Assembly: GCA_963771645.1 (NCBI GenBank)
Contig: CAVYUH010000014.1
Location: forward strand, 62,146 to 126,145
DNA: 64,000 nt
From: an uncultured Actinomycetota bacterium
GTDB taxonomy: Bacteria > Actinomycetota > Actinomycetes > Actinomycetales > Microbacteriaceae
Direction of reading: 5' to 3'
Under the pieces are notes generated by a model. The model did no database searches and was not told the origin of the DNA. It saw nothing but the letters and a program-made list of their open reading frames with translations. Within the stretch, counting starts at the first letter, position 1; each line of letters starts with the position of its first letter. Made by a program: the position numbers and the translations under genes. Of the stretch, positions 17,410 to 26,612 are shown piece by piece.

Positions 17410-18756
17410 CGCCCCAGCCCGCAGCCGCCGGCGGCCCGGCCGTCGCGGGCCCACGCCGGGCGCGGCCGGTCGTCGACCGCGAGCCGCCACCCGTCGGCGT
17501 CCCGCACGTAGTCGCCCCGCGGGCCGCTCGCGGCCAGCGCGGCGACGGCACCGAGCAGGGCTGCCACGTCGGCCCGCGTCGTGCCGACGCCGATGCTCGC
17601 GCGGAGCGCGGCCGGCCGCCGGTCAGCCTCTCGAGCGCCGGATGCGCGCAGAAGCCGCCGTCCCGGACGGCGATGCCCCACTCCGCCGAGAGCGCGAGGG
17701 CCGCGAGCCGGGACTCGAGCCCGGCGATCGTGAACGCCACCACCCCGACATGATCGGTCACGTCCCCGAAGAGCTCGAGGACGCGGACGCCCGGCACCGC
17801 GGCGAGGCCGGCGACGAGCGCCTCACGCAGCGCCGTCTCGTGCGCGACCCAGCGCGCCTCATCGAGGGACGCGAGCTCGGAGAGCGCGCGGGCGAGCGCG
17901 AGCACCCCGATCGTGTCGGGGGTTCCGGCCTCATGCCGGTCGGCGCCGCTGCGCCACACCGCCACCGCCGTGTCGCCCGCCACGACGACGGAGTCGACCG
18001 CGCCGCCGCCCGCGAGATGCGGTCTCGCCGCGTCGAGCCAGTCCCCGCGGCCGATGAGCGCCCCGACCCCGAACGGCGCGTACGCCTTGTGCCCCGAGAA
18101 CGCCACGTAGTCGACGCCGGTGGCGGCGAGGTCGAGCCGCCGGTGCGGCACGAGCTGCGCCCCGTCGACCGCGAGCCGTGCGCCGGCCGCGTGCGCGAGC
18201 CGCGCGAGGCGATCGAGCGGCAGCACCTCCCCGGTCACGTTCGATGCGCCCGTCACCGCCAGCAGCGCGGGCCGTAGAGACTCGAGGGCCGCAGCGATGC
18301 GCCCCAGGGTCGCCTCGAGCGTGTCGGCGGCGGGCAGCACCGTGCATCCGCCGGCCGCCCGATCCACGGCAGCAGGTCGGCGTGGTGCTCGATGTCGAGC
18401 ACCAGCACCGCGCCCGGCACCGCGGAGGCGAGCAGGTTGAGGGCCTCGGTGGTGTTCCGGGTGAAGACGACCGTGTCGGCGGGCCGCGCGCCGAGGAGGT
18501 CCGCGACCGTCGCACGAGCCTGCTCCACGCCCGCGGTGGCCAGCGTGCTGCGCCAGCCTGCGCCGCGATGCACGCTGCCGAGGTGCGGCAGGACGGCTGT
18601 GACGTGGTCGGCGACCGCCGCGAGCGCGGGCGCTGTCGCCGCGATGTCGAGGTCGACGAGACGCGCCTCACCGCCGCCGACGAGCGGCACCCGCATGTCC
18701 GACCCGACCACCGGCAGCAGCGGGAGCGCGAGGTCGGGGGCGGCGAGCAGCGTCAT
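17406..18756 (-). CDS. Class V PLP aminotransferase / cysteine desulfurase-like (two apparent indels)
   Basis: Three frames join: LDIAATAP...SVHRGAG...FTRNTTEALN; TGASNVTGE, DGAQLVPH, FSGHKAYAPFG, HEAGTP, VRDGGFCAHP; LRASIG. Confidence 0.85.
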
Positions 18757-18817
18757 GCAGCAACGCTAGGCGGGCCTCGTGCCGAGGGCACGGAGGGCGC
18801 TTCACGCGACGACACAC

Positions 18818-19729
18818 TCAGACGAGGATGCGCAGGATCCCGGGCACGACCTCGAGGGTGACGGGCAGCTCCCCCATCCGCTCGCCGTCGGCGTAGACGA
18901 CGGGCACCGGCGCGCGGCGATCGGCCACGTCGATCGTGATCACCTTGCCGCGTTCGATCGAGACGTGCTCGTCGCCGACGTGCGCACCCGAGAACACCTT
19001 CGGCAGCAGCCGGACGAGCTGCCGCCGGGGCAGCGGCGTGGCCACGAGCACGTCGAGCAGGCCGTCGTCGGGCCGGGCGTCCGGCGTGAGGCGCATGCCG
19101 CCGCCGATGCTCGCGGTGTTGCCCACGGTGACGAGCACGGCGTCGACCTGGCGGGCGTCGCGGTCCATGGTGATGCGGTAGCGGTGCGGGGTGAGCCGCG
19201 CGAGCTCGAGCAGCACGGCGATCACGTAGCGGGACCGGCCGCGCGGGTGCGCCATCCGGTTCGCCCGCTCGTTGACCGCCGCGTCGAAGCCGGCCGACAG
19301 CATCCCGGCGAACCATCGCCCGGTGCTCGTGCGCACCGCGTCGACGCTGCGCGTGCGGGACGGATCGGCCGAGAGCGCCTCCATCAGCCGGCCGACCGCG
19401 GCGTCCGGGTCGTCGACGGGCAGGCCCAGGCAGCGGGCGATGTCGTTGCCGGTGCCGGCCGGAACGATGCCGAGCGGCACACCCGAGCGGGCGATCGCGT
19501 TGACGGCGATCGAGACCATCCCGTCGCCGCCGACGACCACGACGGCGTCGGGCGGGTCGCGCGTGACGCGGGCGCGGAGGGTGCGCTCGAGCGCCGCGGC
19601 GTCGCGCTCCTCGACCCGCTGCACGGTGTGCCCGGCGTCGAGGAAGCGGCGCTCCGCCGCCTCGGCGAGCGCCGGTGCACGGCCTCCGCCCGCGGCGGGG
19701 TTCGCCGCGATGAGGAGCCGCTTCGCCAC
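18818..19729 (-). CDS. Diacylglycerol kinase-family lipid kinase (YegS/BmrU-like)
   Basis: ANPAAGGG, GGDGMV, PAGTGND, GFDAAV, GGGM, DDGLLDV, ADGE. Confidence 0.9.
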   Translation of the reverse strand: MAKRLLIAANPAAGGGRAPALAEAAERRFLDAGHTVQRVEERDAAALERTLRARVTRDPPDAVVVVGGDGMVSIAVNAIARSGVPLGIVPAGTGNDIARCLGLPVDDPDAAVGRLMEALSADPSRTRSVDAVRTSTGRWFAGMLSAGFDAAVNERANRMAHPRGRSRYVIAVLLELARLTPHRYRITMDRDARQVDAVLVTVGNTASIGGGMRLTPDARPDDGLLDVLVATPLPRRQLVRLLPKVFSGAHVGDEHVSIERGKVITIDVADRRAPVPVVYADGERMGELPVTLEVVPGILRILV

Positions 19730-19820
19730 CTGCCGAGTGTGGCAGGGCTGGGCGCCCGCCGTGCGCAGGCAAGGCGTTCCACCGGCGCCGCCTCAGCAAC
19801 GAGGAAGGAGAATCCTTTCC

Positions 19821-20831
19821 ATGCGTGCGATCGTCTACCGGGCCGCGGGCGGCCCCGAGGTGCTGGGACTCGAGTCGGACCGGCCGGCGCCGGAGCCGGG
19901 TGACGGCGAGGTGCGGGTGCGCATCGTCGTCTCCGGCGTGAACCCGACGGACGTCAAGAGCCGAGCCGGCACGGATCCGGACGGCGAGCAGGTGCCGAAC
20001 CAGGACGGCGCCGGGGTCGTCGACGCGGTCGGCGCCGGGGCGCCCTTCGCGGTCGGCGACCGCGTCTGGGTGTGGGACGCCGCCTACCAGCGGCCGGACG
20101 GGACCGCGCAGGAGTACACGGTGCTGCCCGCGCGGCAGGTCGTGCCGCTGCCCGAGCACGCCTCGTTCGACCTCGGCGCGTCGCTCGGCATCCCCGCGCT
20201 GACCGCCCACCTCGCGCTGAAGGCCGACGGCCCGGCTGCGCCGCTCGGCCCCGGCACGCTCGACGGCCGCACCGTGCTGGTCGCGGGCGGCGCGGGCGCG
20301 GTCGGCCACGCGGCGATCGAGCTCGCCGTCTGGTCCGGCGCGCGGGTGCTCACCACGGTCTCGTCCGAGGAGAAGGCGGCGCTCGCGCGGGCCGCCGGCG
20401 CGCACGAGGTCATCGACTACCACGAGGAGGACGTGGCCGCGCGGGTGAAGCAGCTCGTCCCCGGCGGCGTCGACCTCGTCGTCGAGGTGAACCCGCACGC
20501 GAACGCGCCCATCGACCCCGAGGTGCTCCGCCCGGACGGGACCGTGGTCGTCTACGCGTCGAGCAGCTCGGAGCCGATCCCGCTCGAGGTGCGTCCGTCG
20601 ATGACGAAGAACCTCACCTGGCGGTTCCTGCTCACCTACACCGCGCCGGACGACGCGAAGGACGCCGCGGTCGCGGGCGTCACGGCCGCCGTCGAGGCGG
20701 GGGCGCTCCGGATCGGGGCGGACGCCGGCCTGCCCGTGCACCGCTTCCCGCTGGAGCGGACCGCTGATGCGCACCGCGCCGTCGAGGACGGCGTGACGGG
20801 CAAGGTGCTGATCGACGTGACGGCGCCTTGA
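19821..20831 (+). CDS. NADPH:quinone reductase (zeta-crystallin-like MDR)
   Basis: SGVNPTD, DGAGVVDAVG, GTAQEY, AGGAGAVG, GKVLI. Confidence 0.9.
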   Translation: MRAIVYRAAGGPEVLGLESDRPAPEPGDGEVRVRIVVSGVNPTDVKSRAGTDPDGEQVPNQDGAGVVDAVGAGAPFAVGDRVWVWDAAYQRPDGTAQEYTVLPARQVVPLPEHASFDLGASLGIPALTAHLALKADGPAAPLGPGTLDGRTVLVAGGAGAVGHAAIELAVWSGARVLTTVSSEEKAALARAAGAHEVIDYHEEDVAARVKQLVPGGVDLVVEVNPHANAPIDPEVLRPDGTVVVYASSSSEPIPLEVRPSMTKNLTWRFLLTYTAPDDAKDAAVAGVTAAVEAGALRIGADAGLPVHRFPLERTADAHRAVEDGVTGKVLIDVTAP

Positions 20832-20858
20832 CCCTGCCGTAACGGCAGTCCCTACCGT
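20828..20858 (+). promoter_or_regulatory. MerR-type promoter: TTGACC -19 bp- TACCGT with dyad CTGCCGT-A-ACGGCAG
   Basis: -35 at 20828-20833, -10 at 20853-20858, 7-1-7 perfect inverted repeat at 20834-20848; 41 bp before a MerR gene. Confidence 0.85.
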
Positions 20859-20899
20859 CGATCCAGCCGGAGGGTCCGGCACGGAAGGAGCGTTCGACG

Positions 20900-21661
20900 G
20901 TGGCCGAGGTCGCGATCGGGGACGTCGCCCGCATGGCGGGCGTCACGGCCCGCACCCTGCGGCACTACGAGTCGATCGGGCTGCTGCTGCCGTCCTCGGT
21001 GGGCGCCAACGGCTACCGCTACTACGGCGACGAGGAGCTGCTGCGCCTGCAGCGCATCCTCGTGCTGAAGGCCTTGGGGCTCGGGCTGCCCGAGATCGCC
21101 GCGCTGCTCGACGAGCAGCGGGACGAGCTCGACGCGCTCCGCGAGCACCACGGCCGGCTGCTCGCCGAGCGGGAGCGGCTCGGTCGCATGGCGGACACCG
21201 TCGAACGCACCATCCGGGAGCTGTCCGAGCAGGAAGGGAGCGGTCGGATGACGATCGAGCGACCGGAGAACCTCTTCGAGGGGTTCGACACGAGCAGGTA
21301 CGACGAGGAGGCGCGCGAGCGCTGGCCGGAGGAGCACGCCTCCTCCAAGCGGTTCACCGACGCGCTGACGCCGGCCGACGTCGAGCGGATGCAGCGCGAG
21401 ACGACCGCGCAGATCATCCGGATGGCGGAGCTGCAGGCGGCGGGCACGCCTGTCGACGCGCCTGCGGTGCAGGAGGAGATCGACCGGCTCCACGCCTCGA
21501 TCACGCGGATGTGGACGCCGAACGCCGCCGCGTTCACGAACCTCGGCCGGATGTACGTGGACGACGAGCGCTTCCGCGCCACCTACGACCGGGTCGCGCC
21601 GGGCGTCGCCGCGTACTTCCGGGACGCGATGGCGGTCTACGCGAGCGAGCGGCTCGCGTAG
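20900..21661 (+). CDS. TipA-like MerR regulator (HTH plus TipAS domain)
   Basis: IGDVARMAGVTARTLRHYESIGLL...NGYRYY; C-terminal YDEEARERW...LGRMYVDDERFRATYD. Confidence 0.9.
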   Translation: MAEVAIGDVARMAGVTARTLRHYESIGLLLPSSVGANGYRYYGDEELLRLQRILVLKALGLGLPEIAALLDEQRDELDALREHHGRLLAERERLGRMADTVERTIRELSEQEGSGRMTIERPENLFEGFDTSRYDEEARERWPEEHASSKRFTDALTPADVERMQRETTAQIIRMAELQAAGTPVDAPAVQEEIDRLHASITRMWTPNAAAFTNLGRMYVDDERFRATYDRVAPGVAAYFRDAMAVYASERLA

Positions 21662-21669
21662 CCCGGCGG

Positions 21670-22413
21670 TCAGCCGCGGCGGGCGCGGTAGGCGTACGTG
21701 ATGTACGGCAGCTCCACCCGCTCGCGGCCGGCCGTCGCCGGATGCGTCGCCAGCAGGTCCCGGATGGACCGCAGCACCGCCGCGCGCTCCTCGTCGGGCA
21801 GCGCGATGAGGTAGCTGCGGGACGCCGCCATCGCGACGATCTCGTCCCGCGTGCGCACCGCGGTCCACGGGAACCGTCGCTCCACGAGCGGCCCGAACGG
21901 CGCCGCGACCCGCACCGCGGCGTCCCCGATCATCTGCTCGGCGTCGCTGCCGTGCATCCGCGCCCCGAGCTCGGCGACCCAGGGCTCGGACTCGTCGCGG
22001 ATGTTCCAGATCAGGCCGAGCACCCCGCCCGGCCGTACGACCCGGCCGAGCTCCGCCGATGCGGCGTCGGGATCCACCCAGTGCCACGCCTGGCCGAGCA
22101 CCGCCGCATCGACCGCGGCGTCGGGCAGCGGCACGGCCTCCGCGGTGCCGACGAGCACGGGCACCCCTGGGACGTCGCGCTGCAGCGTCGCGAGCATCGC
22201 CGCGTCGGGGTCCACCGCTGCGGCAACGTCCACCCCCGCGGCGACCAGCCCGGCCGTGAGCTTGCCGGTCCCGGCGCCCACGTCGACGACGCGCGTCGCG
22301 CCCTCGACGAGCCACGCCACCGCATCGTCGGGATAGGTGGGCCGTCCGGTCGAGTAGGCGGCCGCCGCGCCGCCGAAGGACGTCGCCCGGGCCGTGCGCT
22401 CCGCATCAGTCAT
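21670..22413 (-). CDS. Class I SAM-dependent methyltransferase
   Basis: SFGGAAAAYSTGRPTYP, VDVGAGTGKLT, QAWHW, RVVRPGG. Confidence 0.88.
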   Translation of the reverse strand: MTDAERTARATSFGGAAAAYSTGRPTYPDDAVAWLVEGATRVVDVGAGTGKLTAGLVAAGVDVAAAVDPDAAMLATLQRDVPGVPVLVGTAEAVPLPDAAVDAAVLGQAWHWVDPDAASAELGRVVRPGGVLGLIWNIRDESEPWVAELGARMHGSDAEQMIGDAAVRVAAPFGPLVERRFPWTAVRTRDEIVAMAASRSYLIALPDEERAAVLRSIRDLLATHPATAGRERVELPYITYAYRARRG

Positions 22414-22930
22414 CGAAGGCACCCCAGCAGATGCTGCTGCGCTGCCGCTGATCGTCGAGCACGAGCGCGCGGACGCGGTCGGGCAGCCGCGCGCGCTGCC
22501 GGTCCCGCTCGGCCCGCCGGGCCACCTCGCCGTCCTCCCCTGCGGCGAGGGCCGCCGCCCGGGCGGCACGGATCGCATAGGCGGCTGCGCCGAGCTCGTG
22601 CGCGGCCACGTGCGGCACGGCGGCGGCCTGGCCGACGGCGAGCGCCGCGAGGCGGGCGGGATCGGGCTTCTCCCGCGCGGCCGCGTTGGCGCCGAACGCC
22701 GCCTGCCGCGAGTCGCTCATCCGCAGCTCGCCACGGATCCACGCCCGGCCGGCATCGAGCGCATCCCGGGGCCGCGTGTCGTCCGGTGCCACCGCCTCGA
22801 ACAGCGTCAGCACGTGCTCCGCGCACTCGATCGCCCAGGCCGCGAGCAGCCGGTGGTCCTCGTCGCTCAGCGTCCCGCCGCGGCGGACCGTGATCAAACG
22901 GGGATCGCGATGACTCGGCAGGATCGGCAC
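22406..22930 (-). CDS. Imm-5-like putative immunity protein
   Basis: RDPRLITVRRGGTL...LLAAWAIECAEHVL...DTRPR...AVGQAAAVPHVAAHELGAAAYA...ERDRQ. Confidence 0.75.
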   Translation of the reverse strand: MPILPSHRDPRLITVRRGGTLSDEDHRLLAAWAIECAEHVLTLFEAVAPDDTRPRDALDAGRAWIRGELRMSDSRQAAFGANAAAREKPDPARLAALAVGQAAAVPHVAAHELGAAAYAIRAARAAALAAGEDGEVARRAERDRQRARLPDRVRALVLDDQRQRSSICWGAFDD

Positions 22931-22950
22931 GGCACCAAGTCTGGCCGAGC

Positions 22951-23571
22951 TCAGGGCACCGCGTTCCAGAGGTCGATCACGCGCTGGTCGTGCTCGAAGC
23001 CGAGCTCGGCGAGGCCGGCCGTCGAGAGCACGAGCCGGGCACCGCCATCCGGCGGCAGCCCGATCCACGCAGCGCCGACCGCCCTGAGCACGTGGCCGTG
23101 TGCGACGAGCAGCACGTCGCGGCCCTCGTCGAGCACGGGCTGCGCGCGGGCCAGCACCCGCTCGACCCGCACCCGGACCTGGCCGGCGGTCTCACCCGGC
23201 GTCTCGCCGGGCGGCGTGCCGTCGCGCCACAGGTCCCACCCCGGCCGCTGCTGGTGGATCTGCGGGGTCGTGAGGCCCTCGTAGGCGCCGTAGTCGAACT
23301 CGGCGAGGTCCTCGGTGGTCTCGATGCGTTCGCCGTAGCCGGCGAGCTCCGCCGTGCGCATCGCGCGCCGCCGCGGGCTGCACAGCACGAGACCGAAGTC
23401 GCGCCCGGCGATCACCGGGCCCACCGCGCGGGCCCTCCGCTCGCCCTCCTCGGTGAGCGGCAGATCCGTCACGCCGGTGTGCCGGCCGTTCAGGCTCCAC
23501 TCGGTCTCCCCGTGCCGGAGCAGCACGACCTGGGGCGGCTTGGCCGCCGGATACGGATGGTGCGGTGCCAT
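22951..23571 (-). CDS. Histidine phosphatase (phosphoglycerate mutase) family
   Basis: LLRHGETEWS...GRHTG; EFDYG; VAHGH. Confidence 0.92.
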   Translation of the reverse strand: MAPHHPYPAAKPPQVVLLRHGETEWSLNGRHTGVTDLPLTEEGERRARAVGPVIAGRDFGLVLCSPRRRAMRTAELAGYGERIETTEDLAEFDYGAYEGLTTPQIHQQRPGWDLWRDGTPPGETPGETAGQVRVRVERVLARAQPVLDEGRDVLLVAHGHVLRAVGAAWIGLPPDGGARLVLSTAGLAELGFEHDQRVIDLWNAVP

Positions 23572-23972
23572 GGGACCTCCCTCGCCCGCCGAACGCTATC
23601 GGCCGGCTCCTGGGGTCGGCCCAGGATTCTCTGGTGCAGTGGCTGCATGACCACGTGGCGCCCCGCGAACTCGTCCGACTCACGGCAGGGGTGCTCGACC
23701 TCACCGCGCCGCGCGTCGTCGCGGCCACCGAGCTCGGGTCCGCTCCGCGCACGGCGGACGTCGTCGTCTACCGGGTGCTCGGCGCCCGCCAGGCCGCGCA
23801 GGCGCTGGTCACGGCCGCGACCGGCTGGAGCGCCCTCGGCGCGGTCGTCGACGGCCTGCACCTCGCCTCGATGGTGCCGGTCGCGCTGCTGTCCCGCCGC
23901 TGGCGCCGTGCCGCGCTCGTGCAGATCGCCGTCGCCGGCACCCTGCTCGTGGTGGGGGCGCGCCGCTCCTAG
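23565..23972 (+). CDS. Hypothetical membrane protein (true start probably further downstream)
   Basis: RVLGARQAAQA...GAVVDGLHLASMV motif; hydrophobic segments. Confidence 0.6.
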   Translation: MPWDLPRPPNAIGRLLGSAQDSLVQWLHDHVAPRELVRLTAGVLDLTAPRVVAATELGSAPRTADVVVYRVLGARQAAQALVTAATGWSALGAVVDGLHLASMVPVALLSRRWRRAALVQIAVAGTLLVVGARRS

Positions 23973-25195
23973 TGGTGGTGCTGCTGCCCGGCGCTCTCCT
24001 GAGCGGCGTGCCCGTGCCCCTCGTGCGCGTGCCCCGCGTCGGGTGAGCCGCCCATCATCCTCAGCATCGGCCGGCTGCCCGAGCGGACGAACACGATCAC
24101 GAGGAACGCGGCGAGCGCGAGGAACGCGATGTTCAGCCAGGTCGTGTGGTCCCAGGTGATCCCGCCGTCGAGCACGTGCGCGTTCCGCTCGGTCGGGACG
24201 AGGTGCAGCGGCGCCGAAGAGCAGCTCGACCAGGTAGCCGGCGAGCGCCATCGCGAGGTAGAAGGTGCCGGCGATGACGAGCAGTCGCCCTCGGCCGTAG
24301 TAGCGGCGGTAGATCACGAGGATCGGCAGGATGATCAGGTCGGCGAAGATGAAGCGAGATCACGCCGCCGAAACTGATGCCGCCGTTCCAGAGCACCGCG
24401 GCGAGCGGCACGTTGCCGACCGAGCAGACGAAGCTGACGACGGCGATCAGCGGGCCGATCAGCGGGCCCGAGCAGGAACGCCGCGGACGGGTCGTCCGGT
24501 GAGGAACACGCCGCGGAGCCACTCGCGCGGTACCCAGGCGTCGAAGGCGCCGGCGATGAGCAGCCCGATGACGATGTCGCGGAGGACGGCGGCCCAGTCC
24601 ATGACGAAGTACCGGCTCGTCGAGACGATGCCGTCCCGCGAGAGCAGCCGCGCGCAGGAACGCCCCGTCGCGCTGCACCGACATGTCCATGCCGGCGTGC
24701 CCCTCCATGGACCCGGGACGCCGCGCTCGGCCTGCTCCGTGGCGGCCTCGACGATGCGCCGGCGCAGCCAGAGGCGGAAGCCGAGCGCGACGAACAGGAT
24801 CATCAGCGGCCCGGCGATGAACTCGGCGAGCGTGAACCGCCAGCCGAGGCTGATGGCGAGGATGATCCCGAGCTCGAGCACGAGGTTGGTCGAGGCGATC
24901 TCGAAGGTCATCGCGGAGGTGAACGAGCGCGCCCTTGCGGAACAGCGCTCGAGCGAGCGCGACGGCCGCATAGGAGCACGACGAGGCGGCGGCGCCCGAG
25001 CCCCGTCGCGATCGCCAGAGCCTTCGGCCTGTCGTTCGACAGCATCCGCGTGACGCGCTCGCGGCGCACGACCGCCTGGATCACGGCGGACAGGGCGAAG
25101 CCGAGGATCAGCGGCCAGAGGATCTGCCACCCCATCGACGCGGCCTTCGCGAGCGCGTCCCCGATCGCCGTCAGCAGGAAGGTCACCGCATCCAC
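23969..25195 (-). CDS. DUF318/ArsP-like permease with His-rich tail (several indels)
   Basis: Fragments WQILWPLILGF, SSCSYAA, FEIASTNLVLELG, SFVCSVGNVPLAAVLW, IYRRYYG, GHAHEGHGH...QQHHH. Confidence 0.82.
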
Positions 25196-25205
25196 GACGG
25201 CAGGA

Positions 25206-25219
25206 TACCCCCAGGGGTA
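25206..25219. promoter_or_regulatory. CsoR/RicR-type operator TACCCC-CA-GGGGTA
   Basis: Perfect dyad in the 48-bp gap between divergent permease and csoR; overlaps both -10 boxes (TATCCT minus, TACCAT plus). Confidence 0.88.
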
Positions 25220-25243
25220 CCATGGATCTGAACGGAGGCCGCC

Positions 25244-25543
25244 ATGACCGACAGCGCCCTGACGCATCCCGGCTACATCGGGGAGAAGGACCGAGTCCTC
25301 GCCCGGCTCAGGCGCATCGAGGGCCAGGCCCGCGGCCTGCAGCGCATGGTCGAGGACGAGCAGTACTGCATCGACATCCTCACGCAGGTGAGCGCGATGA
25401 CGAGCGCGCTCCGGTCCGTCGCACTCACGCTCCTCGACGACCACCTCGCCCACTGCGTGCACGACGCGATCGCAGGCGGCGACGACGCCGCGGCGAAGCT
25501 CGCCGAGGCGTCCGCCGCCGTCGCGCGGCTGGTGCGGGCCTGA
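25244..25543 (+). CDS. csoR: CsoR-family metal-sensing repressor
   Basis: RLRRIEGQARGLQRMVE..YCIDILTQVSA...HLAHCV (Cys-His-Cys ligands). Confidence 0.9.
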   Translation: MTDSALTHPGYIGEKDRVLARLRRIEGQARGLQRMVEDEQYCIDILTQVSAMTSALRSVALTLLDDHLAHCVHDAIAGGDDAAAKLAEASAAVARLVRA

Positions 25544-25608
25544 ACGGCGCGGGGAAGGGTCGCCTTGCCTTGCTGGCGGGCACCCGGCGCGACGCGCACG
25601 ATAGGGAC

Positions 25609-26190
25609 ATGACGCAGCTGACGGACGACGCCGCCGCGATCGACCCCGCCTCGGGCGGGGACGACGAGGGCGCCGCCACCCGCCGCGCCAACTGGCTGCG
25701 CGCCGGCGTGCTCGGCGCCAACGACGGCATCGTGTCGGTCGCCGCCATCGTCGTCGGCGTCGCGGGCGCGACGAGCAACGGCGGCGCCATCCTCGCCGCC
25801 GGTCTCGCCGCGCTGGTCGGCGGCGCGGTCTCGATGGCGCTCGGCGAGTACGTCTCGGTGAGCAGCCAGCGCGACAGCCAGCGGGCCGCCCGCGGCCGCC
25901 GGCCGCACGAGGAGGCGAACCCGTGGAGCGCCGCGTCCGCGTCGGCGGTCGCGTTCCTCTGCGGCGGGGTGCTGCCGCTGCTCGCGATCACGCTGCTCGC
26001 CGCGTCGATCCGGATCCCGGCCACCGTCGTCGTCGTGCTGATCGCCCTCGGCCTCACCGGCGCGATCGGCGCCCGCCTCGGCGGCGCCCGCGCCCTGCGT
26101 CCCACGCTCCGCACGGTCGTCGGCGGCGGCCTGGCGCTGCTGCTCACCTTCCTCATCGGCCACCTGCTCGGCACCGCGGGTATCGCGTAA
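25609..26190 (+). CDS. VIT1/CCC1 Fe/Mn transporter family (short form)
   Basis: NWLRAGVLGANDGIVS; SMALGEYVSVSSQRD; NPWSAA. Confidence 0.88.
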   Translation: MTQLTDDAAAIDPASGGDDEGAATRRANWLRAGVLGANDGIVSVAAIVVGVAGATSNGGAILAAGLAALVGGAVSMALGEYVSVSSQRDSQRAARGRRPHEEANPWSAASASAVAFLCGGVLPLLAITLLAASIRIPATVVVVLIALGLTGAIGARLGGARALRPTLRTVVGGGLALLLTFLIGHLLGTAGIA

Positions 26191-26211
26191 CGCTGCGGCA
26201 GGATCGGGCAC

Positions 26212-26612
26212 GTGCCCGACGCCCCCGCCCGCACCCTGCCGCTCGCCCTGGCGGTGTTCGCCGGCGGCACCGTCGGCACCGCGCTCCGGGCCGGGATCGG
26301 CCTGATCGTGCCCTCGGTGCACGGGGTGCCCGTCGCGACCATCGGCATCAACGTGGTCGGCGCCTTCGCGCTCGGACTCCTGCTCGCCGTGCTCGGCCGG
26401 CGCGGACCCGACACCGGCCGCCGTCGCACCCTCCGCCTGCTGCTCGGCACCGGCGTGCTCGGCGGCTTCACCACCTTCAGCGCCCTCGCCGTCGACACCG
26501 CGGTGCTGGCCGGCCGGGGCAGCCGCTGGAGGCGCTGCTGTACTGCGCCGGCACGGTGCTCGCCGGGCTCGCGGCGGCCGCCGCGGGATCGCGGTTCGGC
26601 GGCACGCGGTGA
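26212..26612 (+). CDS. crcB: Fluoride channel FluC/CrcB, subunit 1 (indel near 3' end)
   Basis: GGTVGTALR, TIGINVVGAF, GTGVLGGFTTFS. Confidence 0.85.

Noticed and set aside
18757-18817. SAM riboswitch upstream of the class V aminotransferase
   Set aside because: Only 61 bp of intergenic space, and a -10 directly before the ATG suggests a leaderless transcript
26191-26211. Fluoride riboswitch before the crcB pair
   Set aside because: The 21-bp gap is too short and has no matching consensus
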